A DNA stretch of 64,000 nucleotides, taken from positions 384,001 to 448,000 of the forward strand of contig CAWJIE010000003.1 in the NCBI GenBank assembly GCA_963842885.1. Direction: 5' to 3'. Below are positions 30,018-40,773 of the stretch, one piece after another. The notes under the pieces are model-generated. The model did not search any database, was not told where the DNA came from, and saw only the letters and a program-made list of their open reading frames with translations. The translations under genes and the position numbers were made by a program. The first letter of the stretch is position 1. Every line of letters begins with the position of its first letter. The DNA is from an uncultured Nitrososphaerota archaeon. GTDB lineage: Archaea; Thermoproteota; Nitrososphaeria; Conexivisphaerales; DTJL01.

Positions 30018-31220
30018 TCAGACCTGCTTCTTCCTGCCTCTGAGAAGGACGAGGGCGAAGCTCAGAACCGCGATGACCAGGGCCACGATCACGGCGATGG
30101 TCAGCTGGAAAGTGTAGTCGTTGTTGGACGTCGCAACGGCACCTGGGCTCGCGTTCGTTGTCGTCAGAGAGGGGATCTGTGTCTGAAGAGTGGGCGTGCT
30201 TGAGCTGCTGCTCGAGAACTGCGTACTGATGAAGGCTGGAACCCCGCTGGCACTGTTCGATATTGTTCCCGAAGAAGAGGTGCCGGTGGGAGCCGACGTG
30301 ACCGTCGGCGCCACGACTCCTGTGCTCGCGTCGGACATGTACCAGTATGTCGGCTGCTGGACATGGAGCGTGATGGTAGCGCTGTTCTGCGGCGGAATGA
30401 TCAGCGCAGAGCCGCCCAGTCCAACATAGGTAGGCTGCCAATAGACCGTTACGTTGACGGTCTCTCCTCCGACGTTGACCGGAACGGTCGTCTGGTTGGT
30501 CGGCAGTTGCACCGAAATCCAATCCCAGGCGGTCACGTCGACCGGAACGCTCGGGACGGTGAGCTGGGCAACCCCGTCGGCGCCTGTCTGCGTGTACATC
30601 GTGAGGCTGGCGTCGGGCCCGTACCACCAGTACCATGCTCCCACGACTGACGCTGAAACGGAGGCATCGGCCGCAGCGGTCCCGTTGGCGAACAAGACCG
30701 TCACCGTAATCTGGGTGAGCGTTATGTTCTCAATGGGCAGCGTCTCGATGTTCAACGTCGTGGGGCCTGAGATCTGCTGGAGCTGGAAGCCGTATTCCGC
30801 TTTGGGATACTCGTAGGGAGACGGGATGACGTCTTTACCTGTCGAAGCACCGGCGGTCGATGCCGCTGATCCGGTCAGTGGCACCGGATATTGGTAGTAG
30901 CCCGTCTGGTCCATGGCTGACACGGTGAAAAGGTAGTTCCCGCTTGGCAGCTCGAAGGCCGCCGCGGGGTACATCGTCTGGGAGGACGACACCAGGAAAC
31001 CGCTGGAATTGTAGGCAGCGATTGTGAAGATGCCTTGCGTGATGTTGGTCGTCTGAGCGAAGATCTGGACGTTGTTGTAGGACGCGGCACCGAATGCCGG
31101 ACTCAGCGCAAGTCCTCCTACGCTGGCAAGGAGAACCCCCATGATCGAAATGGAAAGTAGCAGCGAGACGATCCTCTTGGCGCGATTAGGCTTGATGTTG
31201 GTCTGCATCTTGAAGTTCAT
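30018..31220 (-). CDS. surface protein with signal peptide, Ser/Thr linker and C-terminal anchor
   Basis: N-terminal signal, beta-rich body, S/T-rich stalk, TM + RGRKK. Confidence 0.75.
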   Translation of the reverse strand: MNFKMQTNIKPNRAKRIVSLLLSISIMGVLLASVGGLALSPAFGAASYNNVQIFAQTTNITQGIFTIAAYNSSGFLVSSSQTMYPAAAFELPSGNYLFTVSAMDQTGYYQYPVPLTGSAASTAGASTGKDVIPSPYEYPKAEYGFQLQQISGPTTLNIETLPIENITLTQITVTVLFANGTAAADASVSASVVGAWYWWYGPDASLTMYTQTGADGVAQLTVPSVPVDVTAWDWISVQLPTNQTTVPVNVGGETVNVTVYWQPTYVGLGGSALIIPPQNSATITLHVQQPTYWYMSDASTGVVAPTVTSAPTGTSSSGTISNSASGVPAFISTQFSSSSSSTPTLQTQIPSLTTTNASPGAVATSNNDYTFQLTIAVIVALVIAVLSFALVLLRGRKKQV

Positions 31221-31581
31221 CTACCTGTGCTATCATCTTGAGGAGGCATAGCTCTAACCCAAAGAACAGTCGTTCAAATCCGCTGAACAGTCGTACTGTC
31301 CTGCCTGAGATGGGTTTCGAGTCCCGGCGAAGTCAAGGAGGAGTGCGAAGAGCTCAGGCCGAATATGAGACGGTCAGGCGAGCTTCGCTGCGTCTCGCAG
31401 AAGGCGGCCGAACTCGCTCTCGTCAATGTCAGCGGTCGTGCAAACCTTGGCTTGGCGATCCCTTTCCGGAGCCTCCGAGCCGGCTGGGTCTCAGCTCGGC
31501 GGCGGGGACACTGAAGGCGAGGACTGGGGGTCCTGACACGCGCCAAGACTTAAATGGGGCAGCCTTTCAATCCGCCGATGA

Positions 31582-32478
31582 ATGAACGCCAAGACCCTCT
31601 TCCTGGCTACAAGGCCCTGGTCGTTCACGATGACATTTTCATCCGTCACTCTCGGGACTCTGATCGCCGCCCTGGCAGGCAGGTTCAACGCACTCTTTTA
31701 CGTCCTCACCTTGGGGGGGATGATAGCGTTCCACGCGGCCACCAACCTCCTCAACGACTTCTATGATGTGAAGCACGGCGTGGATAAGGTGGGAGCCCCT
31801 ACGACCAAGTACAGGCCACACCCGTCGGCCACCGGCCAGGAGTCCCCTTACACGATAAGGAGGTGGGCGGTCATCTTCTACCTGCTCACCATCGCTGTCG
31901 CAGGGTTTCTTTCGATTCAGGCGAGCCCATGGGTGGCGGTCCTCGTGGCCCTCGGCATCATCGGCAGCGTCCTCTACACCGCCGACCCCGTGATCCTGAA
32001 GGCAAAGGGCCTTGGCGAGGTCACCGCGTTCTTCATGTGGGGGCCGCTGGTCCCACTTGGAGCCTACCTGGTGCAGACGCGCATGTTCTCTTCATCGCCC
32101 GTGATAGCGGCCATCCCAATAGGGATCCTCGTGGCGCTGGTCCTGCTCGCCAACAACATCAGAGACACCGACTATGATGGCTCAATGGGCGTCAAGACCA
32201 TCGCGGTGCGAATGGGGAGAAAGGCCGTCACACTCTACGGAGCCCTCCTCTTCATCACCTACCTCTGCGTCCCCCTCTTCATAATTGCCAGAATCCTTCC
32301 GCTGTGGTCTGTCGTGACGTTCATCACCCTTCCTAGCGCCTGGGGCCTCTGGAAGATGTTCGCAGGGAAAGTCCCCGACAACGCCGACCCGAGGACTGCC
32401 GCGGTCGCGTTCCAGTTCGCCGTCCTATACATGGTGTCGTTCATATTGCAAATCGTGTTACCTCTCCACGTCTTCTGA
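31582..32478 (+). CDS. menA: MenA-like UbiA prenyltransferase
   Basis: ATRPWS, NLLNDFYD...GVD, GLGE, ANNIRD...D...G.KT. Confidence 0.8.
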   Translation: MNAKTLFLATRPWSFTMTFSSVTLGTLIAALAGRFNALFYVLTLGGMIAFHAATNLLNDFYDVKHGVDKVGAPTTKYRPHPSATGQESPYTIRRWAVIFYLLTIAVAGFLSIQASPWVAVLVALGIIGSVLYTADPVILKAKGLGEVTAFFMWGPLVPLGAYLVQTRMFSSSPVIAAIPIGILVALVLLANNIRDTDYDGSMGVKTIAVRMGRKAVTLYGALLFITYLCVPLFIIARILPLWSVVTFITLPSAWGLWKMFAGKVPDNADPRTAAVAFQFAVLYMVSFILQIVLPLHVF

Positions 32479-32679
32479 TGGCGATTGCGACTCCTTCTCC
32501 TATTGTTGACAGAAACGCAGGTCAGAATCGTGCGTGAAACGACGACATTTCGTCGTACAACTATTAATGACTAATATTTAGGCTAAATACTTTACACACA
32601 TAAGCATTATACGCTGTATGAGCCTGACCACGTCCGGACGGCACGGCCGCAGCGACCACCCCGTCCAAGTGATAAAGAA

Positions 32680-32979
32680 GTGACGCAAATGATAGTAGCC
32701 GAAGAAGAGACAGAGGAGTTCTGGGTGCGGGATCTCATGGAGCAGATTGCATATAGGGTGCCTGTGGGCTACGAAGCCCACGGCGTCGCGGAACGCGACA
32801 ACGAAGGCGTGGTGCAGTTCGCCTACACCGTCGTGCGGAACTGGGATGGCGAGGACCTCCCTCTGACCTACGGCTTGAAGGAGTTCATGATCGGCCAGGT
32901 GGACACCATCCTCAACGAGTGCTTCGAGCAGACGCCCTGGATTCAGGGAATCATCTACTCCGGAACACTTGTAGACTAA
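32680..32979 (+). CDS. acidic hypothetical protein
   Basis: 99-aa ORF with GC3-biased codons. Confidence 0.5.
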   Translation: MTQMIVAEEETEEFWVRDLMEQIAYRVPVGYEAHGVAERDNEGVVQFAYTVVRNWDGEDLPLTYGLKEFMIGQVDTILNECFEQTPWIQGIIYSGTLVD

Positions 32980-33012
32980 CCGGCTTGGCGTTGCGCTAGA
33001 TGGGGTCCAGCC

Positions 33013-33312
33013 TTAGTCCCTGCTTCTGTTCTTCATGATGTAGTACACAAGGAACAGTTCAACGACGACGTTCCCTACGACAAAGAGGAAGTAAGAGCGC
33101 ATATCGACCGTTGCGATGTAGAAGAGCAAGAGGGCCATGAGGACCCAGACGAAGGTGAAGTTCGCAAGGATGGTCCTGACGCCGGTGCGTACCTGCTCGC
33201 CAGCCGCTGGTCGCTTCCTTCTGCTATACAGGAATAGACTCACCACCAAGATGAAGACGATGCTGAAGCTGATGGTGATTACATAGTAGTCGAAGAGGCC
33301 CAAGGCGGTCAA
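33013..33312 (-). CDS. small 3-TM membrane protein downstream of mgtA
   Basis: Three hydrophobic helices; follows mgtA closely. Confidence 0.6.
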   Translation of the reverse strand: MTALGLFDYYVITISFSIVFILVVSLFLYSRRKRPAAGEQVRTGVRTILANFTFVWVLMALLLFYIATVDMRSYFLFVVGNVVVELFLVYYIMKNRSRD

Positions 33313-33326
33313 CTATTCTCCCTCCA

Positions 33327-35907
33327 TCAGAATCCACACACCTTGTAGAAGAAGACCTTCCCAGCGTCCACCAAAAGAAGGTATGTGGCAACCATCAGGA
33401 CCAGTAGCACCCAGTAGTTCGGAGGGAGGGCCGTGAAGCCCAAGAACGAGCCCAAGAAGGTGAAGGGAAGGATGGTGCCGAAGGCCACCGCCGAAATCGT
33501 GAGTATGGCGAGCCACTTCCCAGGCTTGCTGCGCACGAAGGGGATACGCCTAGTCCTAATCACGAATATCACGAGGACCTCCGTCCAGAACGATTCGACG
33601 AACCAGCCGCTCTGAAAGAGGGAAGCCTTCGCCGGCGTCATGGCGTTGAAGACAAATAGCATGATGCCGAAGGTCAGGAAGTCGTAGAGCGAGCTGAAAG
33701 GCCCGAAGAAGAGCGTGAACTTCCTGACGAAGCCTATGTCCCAATGCCTTGGCCACCGGGTATCTTCATCGTCCACGATATCGGAAGGCAGAGTCAGGTT
33801 GGAGATGTCGTAGAGGAGGTTCATGAAGAGGATCTGCATGGGGAGCATGGGCAGGAAGGGGAGGAAGATAGAGGCGGCCGCCGCGCTGAACATGTTGCCG
33901 AAGTTAGAGGACGTGCCCATGAGGACGTACTTTATCGTGTTACCGAAGGTCTTCCTTCCTTCGTCGATTCCCTCGGGCTAGAACCATGAGGTCCTTCTCG
34001 AGGAGCACGATTTCGGCCGCGTCCTTGGACACGTCAACGGCGGAGTCCACAGAGATGCTGGCGTCGGCTTCGTAGAGGGCGGGGGCATCGTTGACGCCGT
34101 CTCCCATGTAGCCCACCACGTGGTGGTTCTCCTTGAGGGCCTTGATGACCTCTAGCTTCTGCTCCGGGGTGACCCTCGCAAATATGTCGGCCTCTTCGAC
34201 AGCGGCCTTGAAGTCACTCCAACTCAAGTGTGTGAGCTCCGGGCCGTCCACGACCCTCCTGACGGGGAGGTTCAGGTCCTGGCAGATCTTGCGTGCCACG
34301 AGGGCGTTGTCGCCGGTAAGGATCTTCGTATCCACGCCGAGCTCCTTGAGCCTCTTGATGGCGGCCGGGGCGTCAGGCTTAGGAGGGTCGGTGAAGACGA
34401 GGAAACCGAGCAACGTGAGGGCCACTTCGTCTCTGACGGAGTACGTTTCCTTCTCTTCCACCTTCCGATATGCTACGGCAAGGAGGCGGTAGCCGGACTC
34501 GGAGTACTCTTCGAACCTCTTGTTGGCTGCGGCGATTACGTCGTCGTTGATGGGGAGGCTCGTGCCGCCGGAGTCGTAGTAGCCGCACTGGGGGATGACG
34601 GACTCGGGGGCGCCCTTCGTGACGAGGGTGATGTTGTGGTCGTCCTTCACAACGGTGGAGACCATGCGCCGCTGATAGTCGAAGGGGATTTCGTCCACCT
34701 TCGTGTAGGGCTTGGTGACGTCGCCCATGCCTCTGGCGATTGCGAACTCCCAGACGGCCACGTCCATGGGGTTCCCCGTGATTTTCTCTCCCAGCAGAGC
34801 CGGGCTGCTCAGGAGGGCATAAAGGAGGGTCCTAGGGTCGCTTTCCGCGTCCAGCGAGAAGTAGTTCCTGAGCACGATCTTCCCTTCGGTGAGCGTGCCG
34901 GTCTTGTCCGTGCAGAGCACGTCCATGTTGCCGAAGTCCTCCATGGAGACCAACCGCTTCACGATGACCCGCTTCTTGGCCATTTTGTGGGCCCCGTTGG
35001 AAAGGCATATGGTGACGATGACCGGCATCAGCTCGGGGACGAGGCCGATGGCGACGGCGAGCGCGAAGAGGAGAGACTCGAGCAGAGGATGGTTCAGGGC
35101 GGCGTTGAGGACGAAGATGGAGACGGCGAGGGCCAACGTCAGGCCGATGAGCAGGTTGCCGTACTGCTTGACACCCCTCTGGAACTCTGTCTGGGGATGG
35201 GGCCTGGCCAAGCTCTTCGAAATGTAGCCGAATTCGGTTTCCTTTCCCGTACTGGTGACGACGCCTTTGGCGCTCCCGTGCACGATGACCGTACCCGTGA
35301 AGAGGTAATTGGCCGCGCTGTGGGCGGTCGGATGGTCGACGGTGATACCCTGGGACGTCTTGCTTACTGGGAAGGACTCCCCTGTCAAGGTTGCTTCGTC
35401 GGCTTCAAGCTCCTTGACCTCCACGATGCGCATGTCCGCAGGGACGATATCACCTGTGTACACGGAAACGACGTCGCCAGGGACGAGCAGGCGGGATTCG
35501 ATTTCGCTCACCTTCCCGTCCCTCGTCACCACGGCTTTGATGGAGACCTTCCTCTGTAAGTCATCGACCAGCTTCCCTGCCTTGTATTCGTTGTAGAATC
35601 CCAGCACGACGCTCAGGCCGATTATGATCAGGATTGTTATCGCCTGTTCAGGGGAACCGACGAAAAACGACACGACGGTCGCGACCAAGAGAATCATGAA
35701 GAGAGGGTTGCCGAACTGCCGCGCAAGAATCCGTAGGGCACTGAAGCCTTGACGGGGGAGCTCGTTGTACCCGGCTGTTTCAAGCCTAGCGGACGCTTCC
35801 CCTTGGGTGAGGCCGTCCTTGCTGGTCTTCAGCGCTTCATAGACTTCGTTCGGCTGGAGAGACCAGTAGTCGGTGCGGGTGACCAGCACCTCCTTTGTGG
35901 ACTTCAT
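33327..35907 (-). CDS. mgtA: Mg2+-transporting P-type ATPase (frameshift near 33960)
   Basis: TGES, VPELMP, DKTGTLT, KGAPE, GDGVNDAP, SSNFGNMFS, FQSGWFVES. Confidence 0.88.
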
Positions 35908-35985
35908 CAGAACGCCAGACCGTTATCCCTGCCAAAGCGGAGGGGTGTATACGCCTTTCGGTAAGGGTGCGGACTAATGCTTCGA

Positions 35986-36757
35986 CTACAGAGGTTCCTT
36001 GTGCACCTCTATCATGGCGACCTCGGGGACGGCCGCCCTGACGCCGGCCTCGAACCGGCTGATTATGTCGTCGGCCTCCTTTATGCTGATGTCTGGGTTG
36101 AACCGGCACTTCATCACTACGTAGAGCTTCTCGCCGGCCCTGCGTATCTCGGGCTTGCTCATCTCCTTAATCTCAGGGAAACGTTTCTTCACGTGCTCGA
36201 TGTACCACCTTATCTCGGTGCCGGCCCCTGACCTTTCGCTCTCGACAAGGTCTTCCACGGACTCCTCGTGGATGAGGACCTCTATGATGCTGGGATCGGC
36301 CTCCTTCAGCTTCTTTTCGATCTGCTCAGAGACCTTGCTGGCCTGCCTCAGGGTGAGGTTGGCGCTCACCTCTAGGTGGAAGTCTATGCCCAGCTTCCCG
36401 TTGACCTTGTGGATGTGGATGTTGTGGGCACCTCGCGAACCGGGGACGGTCTCGGCGATCTCCTTGACAAGCTTCCATATGTGGTCCCTGTCACTCCCGG
36501 CGGGCTCCGTGCGGATGAGAGACACGGGAGTTCGGCAGGATGCCCTTCACCTCGTTCTCTATCTTCAGGGCGACCTTGTGGGTTTCCTCGTAGGTGGACT
36601 TGGAATCCAACCAGACGACCACCACCACGACGGGCTTCTTGCCTGTCAGGTCGACCCTCACCCGCCTGACGCTCAGGACGTTCCCTATGTATCGGACCTT
36701 CCTCTCGATCATCCGGGAGAGCTCGGACTGGGAACGTTCGAAGAAGGGGATAGGCAT
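35986..36757 (-). CDS. protein of tandem CDF-type dimerisation (ZT_dimer-like) domains without TMs (frameshifted)
   Basis: Three repeats ending in I/V-H-x-E-P/S-like motifs (IRTEP, IHEES, VHKEP); no TM segment. Confidence 0.6.
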
Positions 36758-36784
36758 TATCTGGACGATACTTGACTTTCCATC

Positions 36785-37643
36785 TTAGATAAACCTTGAC
36801 GGCGAAGAACGACGGCGCTGATGGTCGCGCCAGCTCACGTGCACAGCTCGCCAGCGAGGACGGTGACGGCCCTCCCTCCCAGGAAGACGCGGCGGCCTCT
36901 GACCTTCACCGACACGACCCCTCCTCTTGACGAGGCTTGATAGCCCACCATCTCCGTCTTGCCAAGACGTCGTCCCCAGAAGATGGCAAGGCAGCAGTGC
37001 GATGAGCCGGTCACCGGGTCCTCGTTGACTCCGACGGCCGGGGCGAAGAAACGCGAGATGAAGTCGTATTCCTTCGACTTGGACCGGCATGTTACGATCG
37101 TCCCCCTAGTGTCCGCCTTGGCGAGAGCCCGAAGTCAGGCTCCATCCCGCGGAGCTCCTCCTCACTTCCGACCTCGACGAGGTAATCGTCCAGGCTTCGG
37201 CCGAAGGACTTCGCCCTGACCCCCAGCGCCTCGAGCAGCCCCTCCGGCGGTTTAGACGGCGCGGCCTTCCTGGCCGGGAAGTCGAGCTCGATGAGCCCGC
37301 CGTTCCGACGCGCAGTCAGTTTCCCGCTCTTCGTATGGAACACAATGTCCTCCGCCTCCGGGACCACACCTGCCTCCCAAAGCACGTGCGCGCTGGCGAG
37401 AGTAGCATGCCCGCATAGGCTGACTTCCACTTTAGGCGTAAACCACCGCAGCCTGAACCCGCCCTCCTCCGGGCAGAGGAAAGCCGTCTCGGAGAGGTTC
37501 ATTTCGGTCCCGACGCTCTGCATCCACCTTTCCTCGGCGGGGCTGGGCAGCAGGCAGACGGCGGCGGGGTTCCCGGCGAACCTACGGTCGGAGAATGCAT
37601 CAACGTGGTACAGCTTGACGGACATGGCAACGAGAAGTGACAC
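36785..37643 (-). CDS. PhzF family isomerase (frameshifted)
   Basis: VDAFS..FAGNPAAV, NLSETAF, LRWFTP.VEVSLCGHATLA. Confidence 0.9.
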
Positions 37644-37772
37644 ATAGGGGTAGATAACGAGTGCTTTGGGAGCGCAGGCTCGGTGGGGCTAGGAGGAGCT
37701 CAAATTTCTGAGCCTGGAAAGCCTGATGCAAGGCTTAATTACTAAGGGCTTTCGCGTACGGAGAAGGCACAC

Positions 37773-39215
37773 ATGAAGTACAAGTGGACAGTGCTCACCG
37801 TGACCTCGGTTGGGGTCCTGATGTCGGGCATCGATTCCAGGATTGTCATAGTAGGACTCCCCCAGGTCGCCGCTGCTTTGGGCGCCGACGCGGAACAGGC
37901 CATATGGTTCACCCAGTCCTACACCCTGGGGAGCACCATCGCCTTATTGCTAATTGGGCGGGTCACGGACATGTTTGGCAGGGTCAAGATCTACAACATC
38001 GGCTTTGCCGTGTTCACGCTTGGGTCGGCGTTGACGAGCCTGTCGCTCAGTCCCGAGATGGTAATTATTTTCAGGTGCTTGCAGGGCCTGGGATCGGCCA
38101 TGCTCTTCACCAACAGCGTAGCTTTGATAACGGACTCGACGCCGTCCGAGGAGTTAGGCCTTTCCCTGGGCGTCAACCAGCTCTCCTTCAGGTTCGGGGC
38201 GATGGCCGGGCTGACGCTCAGCGGTATCATCCTGGCCGTCCTAGACTGGAGGGCCCTCTTCTACATCAACGTCCCTATAGGCATATTCGGGACTGTATGG
38301 GCCCACAGACGGCTGAGGGAGACGGCGCAGATGGATAGGGGGGTGCCAATCGACTGGATAGGTTTCGCCACCTTCACCATCTCCATCTCAAGCTTCCTCT
38401 TCGCTCTCACATTTGCGGCCTATGGGTTCTCAGAGGACAAGTTCGTCTTCCTGCTGAGCATCATATCCGCCGCGACCTTCCTGACTTTCGTCTACCAAGA
38501 GAGGAGGACGCCGCATCCTCTACTGGACCTCGGGCTTCTCAAGATTCGAGAGTTCACCGGCGGCGTCCTGGCGCAGCTGCTCAACGCCATCGCCTGGGGG
38601 GCCGTCATCCTCCTCCTGAGCTTATATTTCCAGCTGGTGCAGGGCATGAGCCCGTTCGACGCAGGTATCAGAATACTCCCCTTCGAGCTCCTCTTCCTGC
38701 TCTTCGGCCCTTTGAGTGGGAGATATTCAGACAGGTACGGTCCGCTGCCGTTCGCGACGACGGGCCTGGCCGTCACCAGCGTCTCCCTGCTACTCCTTTC
38801 TACCACGACGCCCTCCACCCCATATATTGACCTCGTCGTTTACATGGGACTGATGGGCGCTGGCACCGGCCTCTTCTCCTCGCCCAACATGAGCTCCATC
38901 ATGGGCTCCGTGCCCCCCAACAGAAGGGGCATCGCCTCCGCCTTCCGCGCCACCTTCTTTAACTTGGGTTTCACCATCTCGCTGAACGTGGCTATCCTGA
39001 TCATGGCCTCCATCATCCCGTACTCCGTCGTGTCTTCCATCATCTCTTCGATAAACCCCGCCGGGATATCGGTCCTCGACAGGAATCTGTTTTCAGCCGC
39101 CCTCGACCGTGCATACCTCTGGATGGCGGGCGTGAACACCGTAGCGATCCTTCCATCGCTTATGAGAGGGAAGAGGGTCGGCCGAAACACGGCCTCCTCC
39201 CCAGCGCACGAATGA
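37773..39215 (+). CDS. MFS transporter, DHA2-like
   Basis: About 14 TMs, GRVTDMFGR motif A, WRALFYINVPIG. Confidence 0.9.
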   Translation: MKYKWTVLTVTSVGVLMSGIDSRIVIVGLPQVAAALGADAEQAIWFTQSYTLGSTIALLLIGRVTDMFGRVKIYNIGFAVFTLGSALTSLSLSPEMVIIFRCLQGLGSAMLFTNSVALITDSTPSEELGLSLGVNQLSFRFGAMAGLTLSGIILAVLDWRALFYINVPIGIFGTVWAHRRLRETAQMDRGVPIDWIGFATFTISISSFLFALTFAAYGFSEDKFVFLLSIISAATFLTFVYQERRTPHPLLDLGLLKIREFTGGVLAQLLNAIAWGAVILLLSLYFQLVQGMSPFDAGIRILPFELLFLLFGPLSGRYSDRYGPLPFATTGLAVTSVSLLLLSTTTPSTPYIDLVVYMGLMGAGTGLFSSPNMSSIMGSVPPNRRGIASAFRATFFNLGFTISLNVAILIMASIIPYSVVSSIISSINPAGISVLDRNLFSAALDRAYLWMAGVNTVAILPSLMRGKRVGRNTASSPAHE

Positions 39216-39217
39216 GC

Positions 39218-39775
39218 TCAGTCGGTCTCGTCGGCTAGGGCCTTGAGCTCATCGCCGAAGCCCCATTCCTCCGCCAGGGCATCACATTCTTCCTCCCTCG
39301 TGGCGGAATCGTCCGGTGCGACGTTGTCGTTGAGCCAAGCATGGGCCAGCTCATGGGCGACCACGGCCACCCTTGACATCTCCGACAGCTGCAGCATCAT
39401 GTCCAGATAGAGCTCGATCTTCTGCACAACGACTTCATCCGTCCTGGTCTTCCCGAGCCCGAATCGGACGGTCCTTTCATATGTGATCCTTCTTGTGGGA
39501 CCCGCCAGGGAACCGCCCTCGGAAGTCTTCTTTGAAGTGATTAAGCGGAGTGTAGGGACATCCGAGGCCTCAGGAGGAAGCCTAGTCAGGGCCTCGTCCA
39601 CTGCCAGGCGAACCGCTGCGCCCCGGACATCCACTCTGACGCCGCTGAGGAGCTCCTCCTTTCGTACGGCAGACCCTCCACGATTCAACTTCACGGCGCT
39701 TTCGGGGACATGGGACTGAGCTACCCTTTTCAGCCATGCTGTCAAAACCCATGCCCGCCACCCCCTCATCACCAT
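39218..39775 (-). CDS. HExxH zincin-like hypothetical protein
   Basis: VVAHELAHAWL...EEECDALAEEWGF. Confidence 0.55.
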   Translation of the reverse strand: MVMRGWRAWVLTAWLKRVAQSHVPESAVKLNRGGSAVRKEELLSGVRVDVRGAAVRLAVDEALTRLPPEASDVPTLRLITSKKTSEGGSLAGPTRRITYERTVRFGLGKTRTDEVVVQKIELYLDMMLQLSEMSRVAVVAHELAHAWLNDNVAPDDSATREEECDALAEEWGFGDELKALADETD

Positions 39776-39950
39776 TCATGAGTATTCGGCATATGATGAA
39801 AGGCGGCTCGTCTTATATCGGGCAGCCCTCCTCTATCGAATTGGCGAATAATTCCTTGCTAATAGGGCGTCGGGAGACAAGAGCTCGGTCCAGGGGGTCG
39901 TCCGCTCCTTGGCCTTGCCTCCCAGAAGATTGCTCCGGAGGTGACGCCGA

Positions 39951-40247
39951 ATGAGCCTCAGGTTGCTCAAACCCTGGGAGAGGCGACTGTGGGCAGAGAT
40001 GGAGCATCAAGGAAAGGGGGCCGCCCAAGACTCTACGTCTGAATGGTGCTCGTTGTCCCCGCTTCAGCTGAGGGAGGAAATCGATAGGCTCAAGACGAAC
40101 TTTCACGCGAATTGGAAGCAGATAGCGTACCTCGAAGGCCACCTGCAAATCGCGGACGAACGGTTCCGCGACAGACGGCACTTCGGGGCCAGCTTTAGAG
40201 GGTACCTCGAAGCTGCAAGGACGAAGTCATTGAAAGAGTGGCTCTAG
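39951..40247 (+). CDS. hypothetical coiled-coil protein
   Basis: 98-aa ORF, co-oriented with the downstream nuclease gene. Confidence 0.4.
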   Translation: MSLRLLKPWERRLWAEMEHQGKGAAQDSTSEWCSLSPLQLREEIDRLKTNFHANWKQIAYLEGHLQIADERFRDRRHFGASFRGYLEAARTKSLKEWL

Positions 40248-40317
40248 GGAAAGGTTGGGGGTAGGAGCGGCACGGAAGGGCACTCCTTTTATCCCCAATA
40301 AACTCAGACAATATGCC

Positions 40318-40728
40318 ATGCGCCGAGGCTTGTTTGTGTCTCTGGGCACGAGTTCGGACGTGGGGGACTTCCTGGAGAAGACCGTGGCCCAGAACCTCCG
40401 GAACAGGGGGTTCACGTTGAAGACGAACAGGCGCGGGTGCGACGTAGTGGGCGAGCGCGACGGAAAGAAGGTGATAATAGAATGCAAGATGAACGTCCGC
40501 CGAAGCAACTGGTTTCAGGTCCTCAACCAGGTTCGCAGGTACAGGGAGGAGCTGAAGCCAGATGTGACCGTCCTCCTGGTGGGCAACATGCGCGTGTTCG
40601 GCCCCCTGTGGGACGCCTGCTCTCGAGAGGGCATACGCCTCCTTCCCTGCTGGTCCATCTATGACGAAGCGTTTCCATTCGTGACCTTCGACAGTGCGAA
40701 AGGGAAGCTTGAAAGGGCGGAGTCCTAG
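40318..40728 (+). CDS. PD-(D/E)XK restriction-endonuclease-like protein (Mrr-cat-like)
   Basis: LE..VA..L...GF, GCDVVG, IIECK, QV..Y. Confidence 0.65.
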   Translation: MRRGLFVSLGTSSDVGDFLEKTVAQNLRNRGFTLKTNRRGCDVVGERDGKKVIIECKMNVRRSNWFQVLNQVRRYREELKPDVTVLLVGNMRVFGPLWDACSREGIRLLPCWSIYDEAFPFVTFDSAKGKLERAES

Positions 40729-40773
40729 GCTGGAGCCTTCAATCAGAGGAATATCAAATGAGGTGGTTGTGGC

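Noticed and set aside
31490-31547. HDV-like ribozyme or TPP riboswitch (TCCTCGC and CTGAGA on the minus strand)
   Set aside because: The required pairings and remaining conserved motifs are absent.
34228-35559. Long antisense ORFs (also 14675-15763 and 55499-56527)
   Set aside because: Shadow frames of GC3-rich genes on the opposite strand, with no protein motifs.
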